A stretch of 64,000 nucleotides of DNA. It comes from Eledone cirrhosa (Eukaryota). Positions within the stretch are counted from its first letter, which is position 1, and each line of letters opens with the position of its first letter. A program made the translations under genes and the position numbers. Below the pieces are notes generated by a model. That model did no database searches. It was not told the origin of the DNA and was given only the letters and a program-made list of their open reading frames with translations. Shown one piece after another: positions 1 through 12,716 of this stretch. Location: contig OZ024741.1 in assembly GCA_964016885.1 (NCBI GenBank), forward strand, positions 165,974,001 through 166,038,000, read 5' to 3'.

Positions 1-3000
1 AGTGAAGACAGTGTGGGTGAGGTGGTAGTAGTGGTAGTGTAGTTGATGTGGTAGTGAAGACAGTGCGGTTGGAGTGGTAGTAGTGGTAGTGTAGTTGATG
101 TGATAGTGAAGACAGTGTGGTTGGGGTGGTAGTAGTGGTAGTGTAGTTGATGTGGTAGTGAAGACAGTGTGGTTGAGGTGGTAGTAGTGGTACTGTAGTT
201 GATGTGGTAGTGAAGATAGTGTGGTTGTGGTGGTAGTAGTGTTAGTGTAGTTGATGTGGTTGTGAAGACAGTGTGGTTGGGGTGGTAGTAGTGGTAGTGT
301 AGTTGATGTGGTAGTGAAGACAGTGTGGTTGGGGTGGTAGTAGTGGTAGTGTAGTTGATGTGGTAGTGAAGACAGTGTGGTTGGGGTGGTAGTGTAGTTG
401 ATGTGGTAGTGAAGACAGTGTGGGTGAGGTGGTAGTAGTGGTAGTGTAGTTGATGTGGTAGTGAAGACAGTGTGGTTGGGGTGGTAGTAGTGGTAGTGTA
501 GTTGATGTGATAGTGAAGACAGTGTGGTTGGGGTGGTAGTAGTGGTAGTGTAGTTGATGTGGTAGTGAAGACAGTGTGGTTGAGGTGGTAGTAGTGGTAG
601 TGTAGTTGATGTGGCAGTGAAGATAGTGTGGTTGTGGTGGTAGTAGTGTTAGTGTAGTTGATGTGGTAGTGAAGACAGTGTGGTTGGGGTGGTAGTAGTG
701 GTAGTGTAGTTGATGTGGTAGTGAAGACAGTGTGGTTGGGGTGGTAGTAGTGGTAGTGTAGTTGATGTGGTAGTGAAGACAGTGTGGTTGGGGTGGTAGT
801 AGTGGTAGTGTAGTTGATGTGGTAGTGAAGACAGTGTGGTTGGGGTGGTAGTAGTGGTAGTGTAGTTGATGTGGTAATGAAGACAGTGTGGTTGGGGTGG
901 TAGTAGTGGTAGTGTAGTTGATGTGGTAGTGAAGACAGTGTGGTTGGGGTGGTAGTAGTGGTAGTGTAGTTGATGTGGTAATAGAGATAGTGTAGTTGAG
1001 GTGGTAGTAGAGATAGTGTAGTTGGGGTGGTAGTACTGGCAGCGTAGTTGGGGTGGTAGTAGTGGTAGTGTAGTTGATGTGGTAGTGAAGACAGTGTGGT
1101 TGGGGTGGTAGTAGTGGTAGTGTAGTTGATGTGGTAGTGAAGACAGTGTGGTTGGGGTGGTAGTAGTGGTAGTGTAGTTGATGTGGTAGTGAAGACAGTG
1201 TGGTTGGGGTGGTAGTAGTGGTAGTGTAGTTGATGTGGTAGTGAAGACAGTGTGGGTGAGGTGGTAGTAGTGGTAGTGTAGTTGATGTGGTAGTGAAGAC
1301 AGTGCGGTTGGGGTGGTAGTAGTGGTAGTGTAGTTGATGTGATAGTGAAGACAGTGTGGTTGGGGTGGTAGTAGTGGTAGTGTAGTTGATGTGGTAGTGA
1401 AGACAGTGTGGTTGAGGTGGTAGTAGTGGTACTGTAGTTGATGTGGTAGTGAAGATAGTGTGGTTGTGGTGGTAGTAGTGTTAGTGTAGTTGATGTGGTA
1501 GTGAAGACAGTGTGGTTGGGGTGGTAGTAGTGGTAGTGTAGTTGATGTGGTAGTGAAGACAGTGTGGTTGGGGTGGTAGTAGTGGTAGTGTAGTTGATGT
1601 GGTAGTGAAGACAGTGTGGTTGGGGTGGTAGTGTAGTTGATGTGGTAGTGAAGACAGTGTGGGTGAGGTGGTAGTAGTGGTAGTGTAGTTGATGTGGTAG
1701 TGAAGACAGTGTGGTTGGGGTGGTAGTAGTGGTAGTGTAGTTGATGTGATAGTGAAGACAGTGTGGTTGGGGTGGTAGTAGTGGTAGTGTAGTTGATGTG
1801 GTAGTGAAGACAGTGTGGTTGAGGTGGTAGTAGTGGTAGTGTAGTTGATGTGGCAGTGAAGATAGTGTGGTTGTGGTGGTAGTAGTGTTAGTGTAGTTGA
1901 TGTAGTAGTGAAGACAGTGTGATTGAGGTGGTAGTAGTGGTAGTGTAGTTGATGTGGTAGTGAAGACAGTGTGATTGAGGTGGTAGTAGTGGTAGTGTAG
2001 TTGATGTGGTAGTGAAGACAGTGTGATTGAGGTGGTAGTAGTGGTGGTGTAGTTGATGTGGTAGTGAAGACAGTGTGGTTGAGGTGGTAGTAGTGGTAGT
2101 GTAGTTGATGTGGTAGTGAAGACAGTGTGGTTGGGGTGGTAGTAGTGGTAGTGTAGTTGATGTGGTAGTGAAGACAGTGTGGTTGGGGTGGTAGTAGTGG
2201 TAGTGTAGTTGATCTGGTAGTGAAGACAGTGTGGGTGGGGTGGTAGTAGTGGTAGTGTAGTTGATGTGGTAGTGAAGACAGTGTGGTTGGGGTGGTAGTA
2301 GTGGTAGTGTAGTTGATGTGGTAATAGAGATAGTGTAGTTGAGGTGGTAGTAGAGATAGTGTAGTTGGGGTGGTAGTACTGGCAGCGTAGTTGGGGTGGA
2401 AGTAGTGGTAGTGTAGTTGATGTGGTAGTGAAGACAGTGTGGTTGGGGTGGTAGTAGTGGTAGTGTAGTTGATGTGGTAGTGAAGACAGTGTGGTTGGGG
2501 TGGTAGTAGTGGTAGTGTAGTTGATGTGGTAGTGAAGACAGTGTGGTTGGGGTGGTAGTAGTGGTAGTGTAGTTGATGTGGTAGTGAAGACAGTGTGGGT
2601 GAGGTGGTAGTAGTGGTAGTGCAGTTGATGTGGTAGTGAAGATAGTGTGGTTGTGGTGGTAGTAGTGTTAGTGTAGTTGATGTGGTAGTGAAGACAGTGT
2701 GGTTGGGGTGGTAGTAGTGGTAGTGTAGTTGATGTGGTAGTGAAGACAGTGTGGTTGGGGTGGTAGTAGTGGTAGTGTAGTTGATGTGGTAGTGAAGACA
2801 GTGTGGTTGGGGTGGTAGTGTAGTTGATGTGGTAGTGAAGACAGTGTGGGTGAGGTGGTAGTAGTGGTAGTGTAGTTGATGTGGTAGTGAAGACAGTGTG
2901 GTTGGGGTGGTAGTAGTGGTAGTGTAGTTGATGTGATAGTGAAGACAGTGTGGTTGGGGTGGTAGTAGTGGTAGTGTAGTTGATGTGGTAGTGAAGACAG

Positions 3001-6000
3001 TGTGGTTGAGGTGGTAGTAGTGGTAGTGTAGTTGATGTGGCAGTGAAGATAGTGTGGTTGTGGTGGTAGTAGTGTTAGTGTAGTTGATGTAGTAGTGAAG
3101 ACAGTGTGATTGAGGTGGTAGTAGTGGTAGTGTAGTTGATGTGGTAGTGAAGACAGTGTGATTGAGGTGGTAGTAGTGGTAGTGTAGTTGATGTGGTAGT
3201 GAAGACAGTGTGATTGAGGTGGTAGTAGTGGTAGTGTAGTTGATGTGGTAGTGAAGACAGTGTGGTTGAGGTGGTAGTAGTGGTAGTGTAGTTGATGTGG
3301 TAGTGAAGACAGTGTGGTTGGGGTGGTAGTAGTGGTAGTGTAGTTGATGTGGTAGTGAAGACAGTGTGGTTGGGGTGGTAGTAGTGGTAGTGTAGTTGAT
3401 CTGGTAGTGAAGACAGTGTGGTTGGGGTGGTAGTAGTGGTAGTGTAGTTGATGTGGTAGTGAAGACAGTGTGGTTGGGGTGGTAGTAGTGGTAGTGTAGT
3501 TGATGTGGTAATAGAGATAGTGTAGTTGAGGTGGTAGTAGAGATAGTGTAGTTGGGGTGGTAGTACTGGCAGCGTAGTTGGGGTGGTAGTAGTGGTAGTG
3601 TAGTTGATGTGGTAGTGAAGACAGTGTGGTTGGGGTGGTAGTAGTGGTAGTGTAGTTGATGTGGTAGTGAAGACAGTGTGGTTGGGGTGGTAGTAGTGGT
3701 AGTGTAGTTGATGTGGTAGTGAAGACAGTGTGGTTGGGGTGGTAGTAGTGGTAGTGTAGTTGATGTGGTAGTGAAGACAGTGTGGGTGAGGTGGTAGTAG
3801 TGGTAGTGTAGTTGATGTGGTAGTGAAGACAGTGCGGTTGGAGTGGTAGTAGTGGTAGTGTAGTTGATGTGATAGTGAAGACAGTGTGGTTGGGGTGGTA
3901 GTAGTGGTAGTGTAGTTGATGTGGTAGTGAAGACAGTGTGGTTGAGGTGGTAGTAGTGGTACTGTAGTTGATGTGGTAGTGAAGATAGTGTGGTTGTGGT
4001 GGTAGTAGTGTTAGTGTAGTTGATGTGGTTGTGAAGACAGTGTGGTTGGGGTGGTAGTAGTGGTAGTGTAGTTGATGTGGTAGTGAAGACAGTGTGGTTG
4101 GGGTGGTAGTAGTGGTAGTGTAGTTGATGTGGTAGTGAAGACAGTGTGGTTGGGGTGGTAGTGTAGTTGATGTGGTAGTGAAGACAGTGTGGGTGAGGTG
4201 GTAGTAGTGGTAGTGTAGTTGATGTGGTAGTGAAGACAGTGTGGTTGGGGTGGTAGTAGTGGTAGTGTAGTTGATGTGATAGTGAAGACAGTGTGGTTGG
4301 GGTGGTAGTAGTGGTAGTGTAGTTGATGTGGTAGTGAAGACAGTGTGGTTGAGGTGGTAGTAGTGGTAGTGTAGTTGATGTGGCAGTGAAGATAGTGTGG
4401 TTGTGGTGGTAGTAGTGTTAGTGTAGTTGATGTGGTAGTGAAGACAGTGTGGTTGGGGTGGTAGTAGTGGTAGTGTAGTTGATGTGGTAGTGAAGACAGT
4501 GTGGTTGGGGTGGTAGTAGTGGTAGTGTAGTTGATGTGGTAGTGAAGACAGTGTGGTTGGGGTGGTAGTAGTGGTAGTGTAGTTGATGTGGTAGTGAAGA
4601 CAGTGTGGTTGGGGTGGTAGTAGTGGTAGTGTAGTTGATGTGGTAATGAAGACAGTGTGGTTGGGGTGGTAGTAGTGGTAGTGTAGTTGATGTGGTAGTG
4701 AAGACAGTGTGGTTGGGGTGGTAGTAGTGGTAGTGTAGTTGATGTGGTAATAGAGATAGTGTAGTTGAGGTGGTAGTAGAGATAGTGTAGTTGGGGTGGT
4801 AGTACTGGCAGCGTAGTTGGGGTGGTAGTAGTGGTAGTGTAGTTGATGTGGTAGTGAAGACAGTGTGGTTGGGGTGGTAGTAGTGGTAGTGTAGTTGATG
4901 TGGTAGTGAAGACAGTGTGGTTGGGGTGGTAGTAGTGGTAGTGTAGTTGATGTGGTAGTGAAGACAGTGTGGTTGGGGTGGTAGTAGTGGTAGTGTAGTT
5001 GATGTGGTAGTGAAGACAGTGTGGGTGAGGTGGTAGTAGTGGTAGTGTAGTTGATGTGGTAGTGAAGACAGTGCGGTTGGGGTGGTAGTAGTGGTAGTGT
5101 AGTTGATGTGATAGTGAAGACAGTGTGGTTGGGGTGGTAGTAGTGGTAGTGTAGTTGATGTGGTAGTGAAGACAGTGTGGTTGAGGTGGTAGTAGTGGTA
5201 CTGTAGTTGATGTGGTAGTGAAGATAGTGTGGTTGTGGTGGTAGTAGTGTTAGTGTAGTTGATGTGGTAGTGAAGACAGTGTGGTTGGGGTGGTAGTAGT
5301 GGTAGTGTAGTTGATGTGGTAGTGAAGACAGTGTGGTTGGGGTGGTAGTAGTGGTAGTGTAGTTGATGTGGTAGTGAAGACAGTGTGGTTGGGGTGGTAG
5401 TGTAGTTGATGTGGTAGTGAAGACAGTGTGGGTGAGGTGGTAGTAGTGGTAGTGTAGTTGATGTGGTAGTGAAGACAGTGTGGTTGGGGTGGTAGTAGTG
5501 GTAGTGTAGTTGATGTGATAGTGAAGACAGTGTGGTTGGGGTGGTAGTAGTGGTAGTGTAGTTGATGTGGTAGTGAAGACAGTGTGGTTGAGGTGGTAGT
5601 AGTGGTAGTGTAGTTGATGTGGCAGTGAAGATAGTGTGGTTGTGGTGGTAGTAGTGTTAGTGTAGTTGATGTAGTAGTGAAGACAGTGTGATTGAGGTGG
5701 TAGTAGTGGTAGTGTAGTTGATGTGGTAGTGAAGACAGTGTGATTGAGGTGGTAGTAGTGGTAGTGTAGTTGATGTGGTAGTGAAGACAGTGTGATTGAG
5801 GTGGTAGTAGTGGTGGTGTAGTTGATGTGGTAGTGAAGACAGTGTGGTTGAGGTGGTAGTAGTGGTAGTGTAGTTGATGTGGTAGTGAAGACAGTGTGGT
5901 TGGGGTGGTAGTAGTGGTAGTGTAGTTGATGTGGTAGTGAAGACAGTGTGGTTGGGGTGGTAGTAGTGGTAGTGTAGTTGATCTGGTAGTGAAGACAGTG

Positions 6001-9000
6001 TGGGTGGGGTGGTAGTAGTGGTAGTGTAGTTGATGTGGTAGTGAAGACAGTGTGGTTGGGGTGGTAGTAGTGGTAGTGTAGTTGATGTGGTAATAGAGAT
6101 AGTGTAGTTGAGGTGGTAGTAGAGATAGTGTAGTTGGGGTGGTAGTACTGGCAGCGTAGTTGGGGTGGAAGTAGTGGTAGTGTAGTTGATGTGGTAGTGA
6201 AGACAGTGTGGTTGGGGTGGTAGTAGTGGTAGTGTAGTTGATGTGGTAGTGAAGACAGTGTGGTTGGGGTGGTAGTAGTGGTAGTGTAGTTGATGTGGTA
6301 GTGAAGACAGTGTGGTTGGGGTGGTAGTAGTGGTAGTGTAGTTGATGTGGTAGTGAAGACAGTGTGGGTGAGGTGGTAGTAGTGGTAGTGCAGTTGATGT
6401 GGTAGTGAAGATAGTGTGGTTGTGGTGGTAGTAGTGTTAGTGTAGTTGATGTGGTAGTGAAGACAGTGTGGTTGGGGTGGTAGTAGTGGTAGTGTAGTTG
6501 ATGTGGTAGTGAAGACAGTGTGGTTGGGGTGGTAGTAGTGGTAGTGTAGTTGATGTGGTAGTGAAGACAGTGTGGTTGGGGTGGTAGTGTAGTTGATGTG
6601 GTAGTGAAGACAGTGTGGGTGAGGTGGTAGTAGTGGTAGTGTAGTTGATGTGGTAGTGAAGACAGTGTGGTTGGGGTGGTAGTAGTGGTAGTGTAGTTGA
6701 TGTGATAGTGAAGACAGTGTGGTTGGGGTGGTAGTAGTGGTAGTGTAGTTGATGTGGTAGTGAAGACAGTGTGGTTGAGGTGGTAGTAGTGGTAGTGTAG
6801 TTGATGTGGCAGTGAAGATAGTGTGGTTGTGGTGGTAGTAGTGTTAGTGTAGTTGATGTAGTAGTGAAGACAGTGTGATTGAGGTGGTAGTAGTGGTAGT
6901 GTAGTTGATGTGGTAGTGAAGACAGTGTGGTTGGGGTGGTAGTAGTGGTAGTGTAGTTGATCTGGTAGTGAAGACAGTGTGGTTGGGGTGGTAGTAGTGG
7001 TAGTGTAGTTGATGTGGTAGTGAAGACAGTGTGATTGAGGTGGTAGTAGTGGTAGTGTAGTTGATCTGGTAGTGAAGACAGTGTGGTTGGGGTGGTAGTA
7101 GTGGTAGTGTAGTTGATGTGGTAGTGAAGACAGTGTGATTGAGGTGGTAGTAGTGGTAGTGTAGTTGATGTGGTAGTGAAGACAGTGTGATTGAGGTGGT
7201 AGTAGTGGTAGTGTAGTTGATGTGGTAGTGAAGACAGTGTGGTTGAGGTGGTAGTAGTGGTAGTGTAGTTGATGTGGTAGTGAAGACAGTGTGGTTGGGG
7301 TGGTAGTAGTGGTAGTGTAGTTGATCTGGTAGTGAAGACAGTGTGGTTGGGGTGGTAGTAGTGGTAGTGTAGTTGATGTGGTAGTGAAGACAGTGTGATT
7401 GAGGTGGTAGTAGTGGTAGTGTAGTTGATCTGGTAGTGAAGACAGTGTGGTTGGGGTGGTAGTAGTGGTAGTGTAGTTGATGTGGTAGTGAAGACAGTGT
7501 GATTGAGGTGGTAGTAGTGGTAGTGTAGTTGATGTGGTAGTGAAGACAGTGTGATTGAGGTGGTAGTAGTGGTAGTGTAGTTGATGTGGTAGTGAAGACA
7601 GTGTGGTTGAGGTGGTAGTAGTGGTAGTGTAGTTGATGTGGTAGTGAAGACAGTGTGGTTGGGGTGGTAGTAGTGGTAGTGTAGTTGATGTGGTAGTGAA
7701 GACAGTGTGGTTGGGGTGGTAGTAGTGGTAGTGTAGTTGATCTGGTAGTGAAGACAGTGTGGTTGGGGTGGTAGTAGTGGTAGTGTAGTTGATGTGGTAG
7801 TGAAGACAGTGTGTTTGGGGTGGTAGTAGTGGTAGTGTAGTTGATGTGATAGTGAAGACAGTGTGGTTGGGGTGGTAGTAGTGGTAGTGTAGTTGATGTG
7901 GTAGTGAAGACAGTGTGGTTGAGGTGGTAGTAGTGGTAGTGTAGTTGATCTGGTAGTGAAGACAGTGTGGTTGGGGTGGTAGTAGTGGTAGTGTAGTTGA
8001 TGTGGTAGTGAAGACAGTGTGGTTGGGGTGGTAGTAGTGGTAGTGTAGTTGATGTGGTAGTGAAGACAGTGTGGTTGGGGTGGTAGTAGTGGTAGTGTAG
8101 TTGATGTGGTAGTGAAGACAGTGTGGTTGGGGTGGTAGTAGTGGTAGTGTAGTTGATGTGGTAGTGAAGATAGTGTGGTTGGGGTGGTAGTAGTGGTAGT
8201 GTAGTTGATGTGATAGTGAAGACAGTGTGGTTGGGGTGGTAGTAGTGGTAGCGTAGTTGATGTGATAGTGAAGACCGTGTGGTTGGGGTGGTAGTAGTGA
8301 TAGTGTAGTTGATGGTAGTGAAGACAGTGTGGTTGGGGTGGTAGTAGTGGTAGTGTAGTTGATGTGGTAGTGAAGACAGTGTGGTTGGGGTGGTAGTAGT
8401 GGTAGTGTAGTTGATGTGATAGTGAAGACAGTGTGGTTGGGGTGGTAGTAGTGGTAGTGTAGTTGATGGTAGTGAAGACAGTGTGGTTGGGGTGGTAGTA
8501 GTGGTAGTGTAGTTGATGGTAGTGAAGACAGTGTGGTTGGGGTGGTAGTAGTGGTAGTGTAGTTGATGGTAGTGAAGACAGTGTGGTTGGGGTGGTAGTA
8601 GTGGTAGTGTAGTTGATGTGGTAGTGAAGACAGTGTGGTTGGGGTGGTAGTAGTGGTAGTGTAGTTGATGTGGTAGTGAAGACAGTGTGGTTGGGGTGGT
8701 AGTAGTGGTAGTGTAGTTGATGTGATAGTGAAGACAGTGTGGTTGGGGTGGTAGTAGTGGTAGTGTAGTTGATGGTAGTGAAGACAGTGTGGTTGGGGTC
8801 GTAGTAGTGGTAGTGTAGTTGATGGTAGTGAAGACAGTGTGGTTGGGTGGTAGTAGTGGTAGTGTAGTTGATGGTAGTGAAGACAGTGTGGTTGGGGTCG
8901 TAGTAGTGATAGTGTAGTTGATGGTAGTGAAGACAGTGTGGTTGGGGTGGTAGTAGTGGTAGTGTAGTTGATGTGGTAGTGAAGACAGTGTGGTTGGGGT

Positions 9001-12000
9001 GGTAGTAGTGGTAGTGTAGTTGATGTGGTAGTGAAGACAGTGTGGTTGAGGTGGTAGTAGTGGTAGTGTAGTTGATGTAATAGTGAAGACAGTGTGGTTG
9101 GGGTGGTAGTAGTGGTAGTGTAGTTCATCTGGTAGTGAAGACAGTGTTGTTGGGGTGGTAGTAGTGGTAGTGTAGTTGATGTGGTAGTGAAGACAGTGTG
9201 GTTGGGGTGGTAGTAGTGGTAGTGTAGTTGATGTGGTAGTGAAGACAGTGTGGTTGAGGTGGTAGTAGTGGTAGTGTAGTTGATGTGGTAGTGAAGACAG
9301 TGTGGTTGGGGTCGTAGTAGTGGTAGTGTAGTTGATCTGGTAGTGAAGACAGTGTGGTTGAGGTGGTAGTAGTGGTAGTGTAGTTGATGTGGTAGTGAAG
9401 ACAGTGTGGTTGGGGTGGTAGTAGGGGTAGTGTAGTTGATGTGGTAGTGAAGACAGTGTGGTTGAGGTGGTAGTAGTGGTAGTGTAGTTGATGTGGTAGT
9501 GAAGACAGTGTGGTTGGGGTGGTAGTAGTGGTAGTGTAGTTGATGTGGTAGTGAAGATAGTGTGGTTGGGGTGGTAGTAGTGGTAGTGTAGTTGATGTGG
9601 TAGTGAAGACAGTGTGGTTGAGGTGGTAGTAGTGGTAGTGTAGTTGATGTGGTAGTGAAGACAGTGTGGTTGGGGTGGTAGTAGTGGTAGTGTAGTTGAT
9701 CTGGTAGTGAAGACAGTGTGGTTGAGGTGGTAGTAGTGGTAGTGTAGTTGATGTGGTAGTGAAGACAGTGTGGTTGAGGTGGTAGTAGTGGTAGTGTAGT
9801 TGATGTGGTAGTGAAGACAGTGTGGTTGGGATGGTAGTAGTGGTAGTGTAGTTGATCTGGTAGTGAAGACAGTGTGGCTTGAGTTGGTAGGAGTGGTAGT
9901 GTAGTTGATGTGGTAGTGAAGACAGTGTGGTTGGGGTAGTAGTAGTGGTAGTGTAGTTGATGTGGTAGTGAAGACAGTGTGGTTGGGGTGGTAGTAGTGG
10001 TAGTGTAGTTGATGTGGTAGTGAAGACAGTGTGGTTGAGGTGGTAGTAGTGGTAGTGTAGTTGATGTGATAGTGAAGACAGTGTGGTTGGGGTGGTAGTA
10101 GTGGTAGTGTAGTTGATGTGGTAGTGAAGACAGTGTGGTTGGGGTGGTAGTAGTGGTAGTGTAGTTGATGTGGTAGTGAAGACAGTGAGGTTGGGGTGGT
10201 AGTAGTGGTAGTGTAGTTGATATGGTAGTGAAGACAGTGTGGTAGTAGTGGTAGTGTAGTTGATGTGGTAGTGAAGACAGTGTGGTTGAGGTGGTAGTAG
10301 TGGTAGTGTAGTTGATGTGGTAGTGAAGACAGTGTGGTTGAGGTGGTAGTAGTGGTAGTGTAGTTGATCTGGTAGTGAAGACAGTGTGGTTGAGGTGGTA
10401 GTAGTGGTAGTGTAGTTGATGTGATAGTGAAGACAGTGTGGTTGAGGTGGTAGTAGTGATAGCGTAGTTGATGTGGTAGTGAAGACAGTGTGGTTGAGGT
10501 GGTAGTAGTGGTAGTGTAGTGTATGTGGTAGTGAAGACAGTGTGGTTGAGGTGGTAGTAGTGGTAGTGTAGTTGATCTGGTAGTGAAGACAGTGTGGTTG
10601 AGGTGGTAGTAGTGGTAGTGTAGTTGATGTGGTAGTGAAGACAGTGTGGTTGGGGTGGTAGTAGTGGTAGTGTAGTTGATGTGGTAGTGAAGACAGTGTG
10701 GTTGAGGTGGTAGTAGTGGTAGTGTAGTTGATCTGGTAGTGAAGACAGTGTGGTTGAGGTGGTAGTAGTGGTAGTGTAGTTGATGTGATAGTGAAGACAG
10801 TGTGGTTGAGGTGGTAGTAGTGATAGCGTAGTTGATGTGGTAGTGAAGACAGTGTGGTTGAGGTGGTAGTAGTGGTAGTGTAGTGTATGTGGTAGTGAAG
10901 ACAGTGTGGTTGAGGTGGTAGTAGTGGTAGTGTAGTTGATGTGGTAGTGAAGACAGTGTGGTTGAGGTGGTAGTAGTGGTAGTGTAGTTGATGTGGTAGT
11001 GAAGACAGTGTGGTTGAGGTGGTAGTAGTGATAGCGTAGTTGATGTGGTAGTGAAGACAGTGTGGTTGAGGTGGTAGTAGTGGTAGTGTAGTTGATGGTA
11101 GTGAAGACAGTGTGGTTGGGGTCGTAGTAGTGGTAGTGTAGTTGATGGTAGTGAAGACAGTGTGGTTGGGGAGGTAGTAGTGGTAGTGTAGTTGATGTGG
11201 TAGTGAAGATAGTGTGGTTGGGGTGGTAGTAGTGGTAGTGTAGTTGATGTGGTAGTGAAGACAGTGTGGTTGGGGTGGTAGTAGTGGTAGTGTAGTTGAT
11301 GTGGTAGTGAAGACAGTGTGGTTGGGGTGGTAGAGTAGTTGATGTGGTAGTGAAGACAGTGTGGGTGAGGTGGTAGTAGTGATAGCGTAGTTGATGTGGT
11401 AGTGAAGACAGTGTGGTTGAGGTGGTAGTAGTGGTAGTGTAGTTGATGTGATAGTGAAGACAGTGTGGTTGAGGTGGTAGTAGTGATAGCGTAGTTGATC
11501 TGGTAGTGAAGACAGTGTGGTTGAGGTGGTAGTAGTGGTAGTGTAGTTGATGTGGTAGTGAAGACAGTGTGGTTGAGGTGGTAGTAGTGGTAGTGTAGTT
11601 GATGTGATAGTGAAGACAGTGTGGTTGAGGTGGTAGTAGTGATAGCGTAGTTGATGTGGTAGTGAAGACAGTGTGGTTGGGGTGGTAGTAGTGGTAGTGT
11701 AGTTGATGTGGTAGTGAAGACAGTGTGGTTGAGGTGGTAGTAGTGGTAGTGTAGTTGATGTGGTAGTGAAGACAGTGTGGTAGTAGTGGTAGTGTAGTTG
11801 ATGTGGTAGTGAAGACAGTGTGGTTGGGGTGGTAGTAGTGGTAGTGTAGTTGATGTGGTAGTGAAGACAGTGTGGTTGGGGTGGTAGTAGTGGTAGTGTA
11901 GTTGATGTGGTAGTGAAGACAGTGTGGTTGAGGTGGTAGTATTGGTAGTGTAGTTGATCTGGTAGTGAAGACAGTGTGGTTGGGGTGGTAGTAGTGGTAG

Positions 12001-12190
12001 TGTAGTTGATGTGGTAGTGAAGACAGTGTGGTTGGGGTGGTAGTAGTGGTAGTGTAGTTGATGTGGTAGTGAAGACAGTGTGGTTGAGGTGGTAGTGTAG
12101 TTGATGTAATAGTGAAGACAGTGTGGTTGGGTGGTAGTAGTGGTAGTGTAGTTGATGTGGTAGTGAAGACAGTGTGGTTGAGGTGGTAGT
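1..12190. repeat. 52-bp G/T-rich tandem satellite (unit GTAGTGAAGACAGTGTGGTTGGGGTGGTAGTAGTGGTAGTGTAGTTGATGTG), open at window start
   Basis: Unit read directly (e.g. 311-362). 43-bp and 50-bp deletion variants occur. The array degenerates at about 12190-12230. Confidence 0.98.
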
Positions 12191-12238
12191 AGGGGCCTGT
12201 TGTAGCTCAGGTGGTAGTGTAGCCGAGGTAATAGTAAT

Positions 12239-12374
12239 TGTTTCTACTTTTGGCACAAGGCCAGCTAATACCACAGTGTATTACTGGTACTTTATTTTAT
12301 CGACCCCGTAAGGATGAATAAAATAAAGTACCAGTAATACACTGGGTTAATAGCTGGCCTTGTGCCAAAAGTAG
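12239..12374. mobile_element. Fold-back pair of SINE 3' ends with 20-bp direct repeat
   Basis: Two inverted SINE tails flanked by GTAGCCGAGGTAATAGTAAT at 12219-12238 and 12371-12390. Confidence 0.85.
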
Positions 12375-12537
12375 CCGAGGTAATAGTAATATTGTGTTGT
12401 AGCTGAAGTGGTAATAGTATTTATCGTCTGTTGTAGTTGAGGTAATAGCTATATTGTCTGATCTGAAATTTAAGAATATTGGCCCCAATATTGTCTTACC
12501 ATTTCCATTTTAGATAATTGCCTCAATGACATCATTC

Positions 12538-12716
12538 TCAGTATCGGTGGAGCGCCAGACACCATGCTTTGCAGCATAGAGTTATGGCCCTTTGCGTTCT
12601 GAGTTCAAATCCCACCGAGGTTAACTTTGCCTTTCATCCTTACGGGGTCGATAAAATAAAGTACCAGTAATGCACTGAGATAATTGCTGGCCTTGTGCCA
12701 AAGGAGAAACAATTAT
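12538..12716 (+). mobile_element. tRNA-derived SINE (octopus OK-like, Nin/Deu-type central domain)
   Basis: B box GAGTTCAAATCCC, core CTTTCATCCTTACGGGGTCGATAAAATAAAGTACC, tail GGCCTTGTGCC...GAAACAATT. Confidence 0.88.

Noticed and set aside
1-12190. CRISPR-like or telomeric array
   Set aside because: There are no unique spacers and no TTAGGG-type repeat; it is a plain satellite.
5250-12274. 1292-aa and 1049-aa His/Thr-rich ORFs
   Set aside because: The minus strand of the 52-bp unit has no stop codon in any frame, and the translation cycles through all three frames. Indels of 2 bp are tolerated, so these are satellite artefacts.
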